64,000 nucleotides of DNA. Source: Paraspadella gotoi. Lineage: Eukaryota > Animalia > Chaetognatha. The notes below the pieces were generated by a model, which saw nothing but the letters and a program-made list of their open reading frames with translations, had not been told where the DNA came from and did no database searches. The stretch covers positions 8,111,063 through 8,175,062 of the forward strand of contig CM119270.1 of NCBI GenBank assembly GCA_051294375.1, written 5' to 3'. The translations under genes were made by a program, and so were the position numbers. Each line of letters begins with the position of its first letter. The stretch's first letter is position 1. Below, piece after piece: positions 59,166-64,000 of this stretch.

Positions 59166-61879
59166 ATGACACATTGTTTATGACACCTTTAAATCGACTG
59201 TTTTCTTTTTAAGTTTATTTCTCACTTATTTCGCCTCTACCGCTAATCACGTCTTTTCCCTCTCTCCTTTTCTTGCTCCATATTTCTCCGTCTCACTTCG
59301 CTGACAAGCAAACGTCTCGGCAATTATCATTACATCGGCGATGGGCTTCCCACTCCAAACATCCTCGCACTCCTTCCTCCCTTTCCTTAATCTATGAAGT
59401 ATTAAATCCCCGCTTCCCCGCTTCCCCACTTCCCCACTTCCCCCTTCCTCCCCGCCCTACCCCCTCATTGAATGACATGTTCGAAATAACTAAAGAGGCG
59501 TGGCCTCGAGGCGAATAACGGATTTTCTCTAGAAGAAAAACTGCTCTTTTCAATTTTTAATAACATTTAGTCGAAATATATAACAAAATATGTATACTAG
59601 CGAAACTGAAAAGTAATTAATTATATTTGAATTTTGTTTTTCTAATAGCACACTCTCTTTCTCAAACTAAAGCGAAAAAAAAAACAAAATAAACGTTGAT
59701 GTTAGTTTTATTATAAGATTTATGTTCGCAAGCAAAAGATTCCTTCGCCAAATATTTCGAACTCTTTTTAAGTCTATCAAAAGTCTCACAATAAAACTCA
59801 TTCTAAATATCTAAGGATCCAACGAACATATTTTTTCGAGGCAAACACACGCGCGATTTGGCGAGAGCGCACGCGCGAAACCGTCATAACACTAAATTAC
59901 TTCTCCTTCCGAAATCTTTTCCATTAGTTTCCCCTATAAACGTCGAGGAGTCACCGGATCGCAGCACAAGGAGCCCGGGAGGGCGCGGGGCTTTCCTCCT
60001 CCTCAGCTAAGCATTTTTTAAATTCCAGATGCTCAGTTGTTTTTTTTTGTTTTTTTTTTAAATTGCAAGGTGACTTGCAAAGTTCTTGTTCTGCTATGTT
60101 AAGTACTAGATTATAAATGTTAGATATTTAATTAATAAATTTTAAGCTTATTTAACATTATCTATTTTAAAATGGCTATAAGGATGTTAGTGTTGTCTAC
60201 TGGAAACAGAGGAACCATCTATACAACACAAAGTTAAAATACTCTCTTTCTGCTTTAGGTTTCTTTTTTGACATTATATAATATATAAAATATATATATA
60301 TATAACGGAAGTCATTTATTGACGAATCTAAATATTTAATTGTCTTCTATTCTTTTTTTCATAGTTCCCTCGTCCCACAAGTCTTAATATCTCTTCATCT
60401 CGAATTACTCCACAATCACAACACCTCTGTTTCACCACACCCAACCCCACCCACCACCTCTCTCGATCACCTTTCACTCCCCCACCCCTCACCTTCCACC
60501 TTCCCCCTTTACCAGGACTCGAGGGTCGTGATCGTGTTTACTTAGTCGAAGGAAGAGGAATCGTCACACGCTTCGCCAGCCCGGACGACTTTGCTGGGGC
60601 TGGAGAGGGCGTGGGTGTGGGTGGGGTGATTAAAGAGGAGAGGGTGGGGGGGATCGAGTGGGCGGGAGTCGAGAGATTAAATAGGATAAGGGAGGAAAGA
60701 CCTGTGGGTGATCATCAATTTATCGCTGGGTGAAAATATGTGGGTGTTCATAAGCTAAGGTGACCATTAGAAGGCCGGAGAACAGACGTGAAAGACGAGC
60801 TGGTGATAAAAACGTAAAGATTGGGTGGAAATATCAGTATTAAGCACTTTTTGATCTCATGTAAGTTGTTGTACTTTCAAGTCCGATTAACGAAGATTCT
60901 AGTGAAGACTTGCGAGATAACCAGTTTTGGGTGATTTTTTTCCTTGAGTTTGAAATGTGACAAACATTTAAAGCCAACAGCGTTCACATAGCCACCGACG
61001 TTTATTAACGGATAAATACATCAAAGATGTTAAACATTGCGGCCTTCTCAAAATATTCGGTGTGGATGAAAAATAATAAAAGGGCGTATTCTAATATTTT
61101 AATTTGAATGAATCATCTATTAGTAATTCGAAAATCTAGTCTAGTCCTCCCACGTGACCCTAAATGAGGTGAAACCAATTGTGAAGACGAGAAATGACTA
61201 TTTTTTTTTCAATTTTCGTCAGAGGTTTCGACGCTCAACGACCGAAAGGCGAAAATGGGCTCCATTTTCGTTTTTTATGTGTTTATGCAAACGGAGAAAC
61301 GATGAAGTCGAAACTTTCCTCTCCCGTTTTGAAATTTTTTTTCAACCCAGATTCCTTTTTTTAACCTTACCTCCGAGTTGTATACTTACCCGCAAACACG
61401 TTTTCCACGCGTGGGTAAAGTCCATTAGAATTTAAATCTTATCGGATTAAGAAAAATGAAAACATCTTTCTCTAAACAAGTTTATATAAACAAAACGTAA
61501 GGACAACGTGAGAGCCTTTGCGGTGAGAAATTGTTCATTGGATTCTGTGGCAGTAAAGCGTTGCGACAAATGGACACCGAGGGACGATGAAGTAAATGGA
61601 CGTGACAGCGCGCGGGAGGCGGCGGCGCGGCGGACGGGAAAGTGAAACGCTCTAAATTTAGCCAAGTAAGGCGAAGATTTGCCGCCGCCGCGGCTCCGGC
61701 GGCGGCTGCGGCGGCTCCGGCCGAGGGCGAAAAGTGAGTCCGTGGCGACGCGAGAAGCGAAGACGACGTGAAGTCGGTCAGCGTCTTTTTGATTGGGTGA
61801 GGCGATTGGACGAAAAAAGGGAATGGCAAGGAAGGTGAAAGGAGTGGGGAAAGATTGGTGGTTTTGCCGTTAAATAAGT

Positions 61880-62240
61880 GGCTATAGGAGTGGTGAAAGG
61901 GATGGCGAACGAGAGGTGAAAAAAAGTGCATGGGCAGTGGAAGGGATGCCAAATGAGATGTGAAAGAAGTGGCAATGGGGAGCAGTGAAAGGGGTGGCAA
62001 ATGAGAGATGAAAGCAGCGGCAAATGAAGGATGAAAGAAAGTAGCAATGGGGGCAGTGAAAGGGATGGCAAATGAGAGGGAAAGAAGTAGCAATGGGGGC
62101 AGTGAAAGGGATGGCAAATGAGAGAGTAAAGCAGTGGCAATGGGGGCAGTTGAAAGGGAAGGCGAAATGAGAGATGAACGCAGTGAAAGGGGTGGCGAAT
62201 TAAAAGTGAAAGGGGTGGCAATGGGGACGGTGAAAGATGT
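61880..62240. repeat. ~46-bp minisatellite, copy in duplication 2
   Basis: GCAATGGGGGCAGTGAAAGGGATGGCAAATGAGAGGGAAAGAAGTA units; source of the PFHCPH / LPSLSLPP repeats in the ORF track. Confidence 0.85.
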
Positions 62241-62554
62241 GGAAATGAGCGGTAAGAGTTGAGGCGAATGGGATCGGAGTTGCGATGGGAAGGGGATGGA
62301 GTCGCCGGGATCGCCGGGTCCGTGACAGGCGCGGCAATGAGTGATCCCACGAGAGTTGCGACTTTTCTTGTGAAAGAACAAAAAAAGAAACGAAAAACGA
62401 GAGCGTAAACTTGATCAGGGGGAGTGTCGGTGGAGATGAAGAGATTGAAGACTGGAGTGACAGATCGAGCGGCGTGGCGAAGGGCGATGCTTGTCCAGGA
62501 CCCGTCGGGTGAGTGGGACTGAGTTGCGGGCGGGAACTGGGTCAGTCTGTTCAT

Positions 62555-62667
<113 letters not shown>

Positions 62668-63544
62668 GAGGTTCGGTGACCCATGATCCTGTCATTCACT
62701 CGGTCGTCGTTCACGTCACAGTCCCTTCTTTTGCCTCCACGATTCCTCGAAGCCTTGGTGGTCGGGATTGCTTTTTCTTTTCTTTTCTTTTCTTTTCTTT
62801 TCTTTTCTTTTCTTTTCTTTTCTTTTCTTTTCTTTTCTTTTTTATTTATTTACGTTTTCCGGTTGGTCGGTCGGTCTGTCTGGCTGTTTGTTAGTCCTTC
62901 GGTCTGGCATCCTACCTGTCTGTCTTTCCGTCGGTCGATCGGTCTATTCGTCAATCAGTCCAAGTTACGTTTTAAATTCCGCACCAGCTTGTTTCATACT
63001 TATGGAGTCGGGTGACCACGCACAAAGGTGATCACATGACCAGAGAGCCAATGCGGCTTTTTACTTCTAAAACTTAATTATTTTAGGTAATACTTTACAA
63101 TCAAGTGTCAAACCAGTAGATTCTGGCTGTGAATATAATTCAGACTTGTGTAGTCACGTGATCATCTAGAGAAATGCAAGCACATAAAAAAGTAACTGCG
63201 ACGGAACACCTTTAACTTTTTTTGGTTTTTTTGTTTTTTGTTTTTATCGTTTTCACTTATTTTTTTGTCGTCATTTCTTTTTGTCGTCGTCTTCGTCCTC
63301 ATTCATCTTCGTCTCCGTTTTCTTCTTCTTGAAGAAAAAAATCACCGGAAGTCAAAACTGGAGACGAGAAATGACGCGACTTTCGGGGAACTTTTTTTCT
63401 TTTTTTTTCTTCTTTTTTTTTCTTTTTTTGGTTTTGAGAAGAACTAAACAAAAGAACTCTTTAGTTGTTCCTGTCTACCGTCTATGGAAATTGCGCAAAA
63501 ATAATTTCCTCCTCTCTTTCTCTCTTTCTCTCTTTCTCTCTCTC

Positions 63545-63613
<69 letters not shown>

Positions 63614-64000
63614 CTCTCAGAAATCCGAGATAAAGCGCCGGCGTCGGTGGACGCGCGCAGCGTCCTACTTAATGTAATACCCCGAAATGAAGGCTCGCCT
63701 TGGACCCGAGCCCAGAGAGAGAGAGAGAGAGGTGAGGGGAGCGAGGAAGAGAGAAAGAGGAAGGGAAAGACAAAGAGGGAGACGGAGAGCTCGAGAGAGA
63801 GAGAGAGAGAGAGACAGATGAGTGAAAGGGGGAGAGACAGGCTATATGAAGGCAGGGATACTTCGAGGATAAAAAGAAAAATGAAGCTGAGAAAGAAGGA
63901 GATACGAAAAGAAGAGAAAATGTAAATTTGGGAGGAAAGAGGGAGGGAGGCAGGGAAAGAGAGAGAGGGACACACGGAGAGACAAATAAAGAGAGAGAGA

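Overview
AT-rich, microsatellite-dense eukaryotic DNA (invertebrate metazoan-like; the species cannot be identified) from a long-read gap-filled draft assembly. There are seven N gaps, four of them exactly 25 N. Almost all ORFs in the track are microsatellite read-throughs. Supportable content: (1) 1-~3720 is a frameshifted fragment of a Maverick/Polinton (adintovirus-like) element, in the order packaging ATPase, basic core protein, unknown ORF(s), DDE integrase with chromodomain, penton. (2) A spliced minus-strand gene, absent from the ORF track, encodes a ~168-aa four-helix membrane protein, with phase-compatible exons from 53930 (duplicate at 44691) down to ~37377. (3) Small mobile elements: a 1.3-kb non-autonomous hAT element with an exact 8-bp TSD, carrying a nested Penelope-like hairpin with a minimal hammerhead ribozyme; a 0.6-kb MITE; a 2.4-kb TIR element present in only one of two duplicate copies; a LINE 3' relic; and a CCA-ended tRNA-Leu 3' half directly after an LTR-like segment. 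(4) Large redundant blocks cover more than half the window: a 1.3-kb direct repeat, a ~12.8-kb palindrome centred on an N gap, a ~9-kb tandem copy and a >8.5-kb tandem copy. These most likely reflect uncollapsed haplotypes or gap over-filling, and possibly an inversion polymorphism. All assignments come from manual translation and remembered family motifs; no database search was run.
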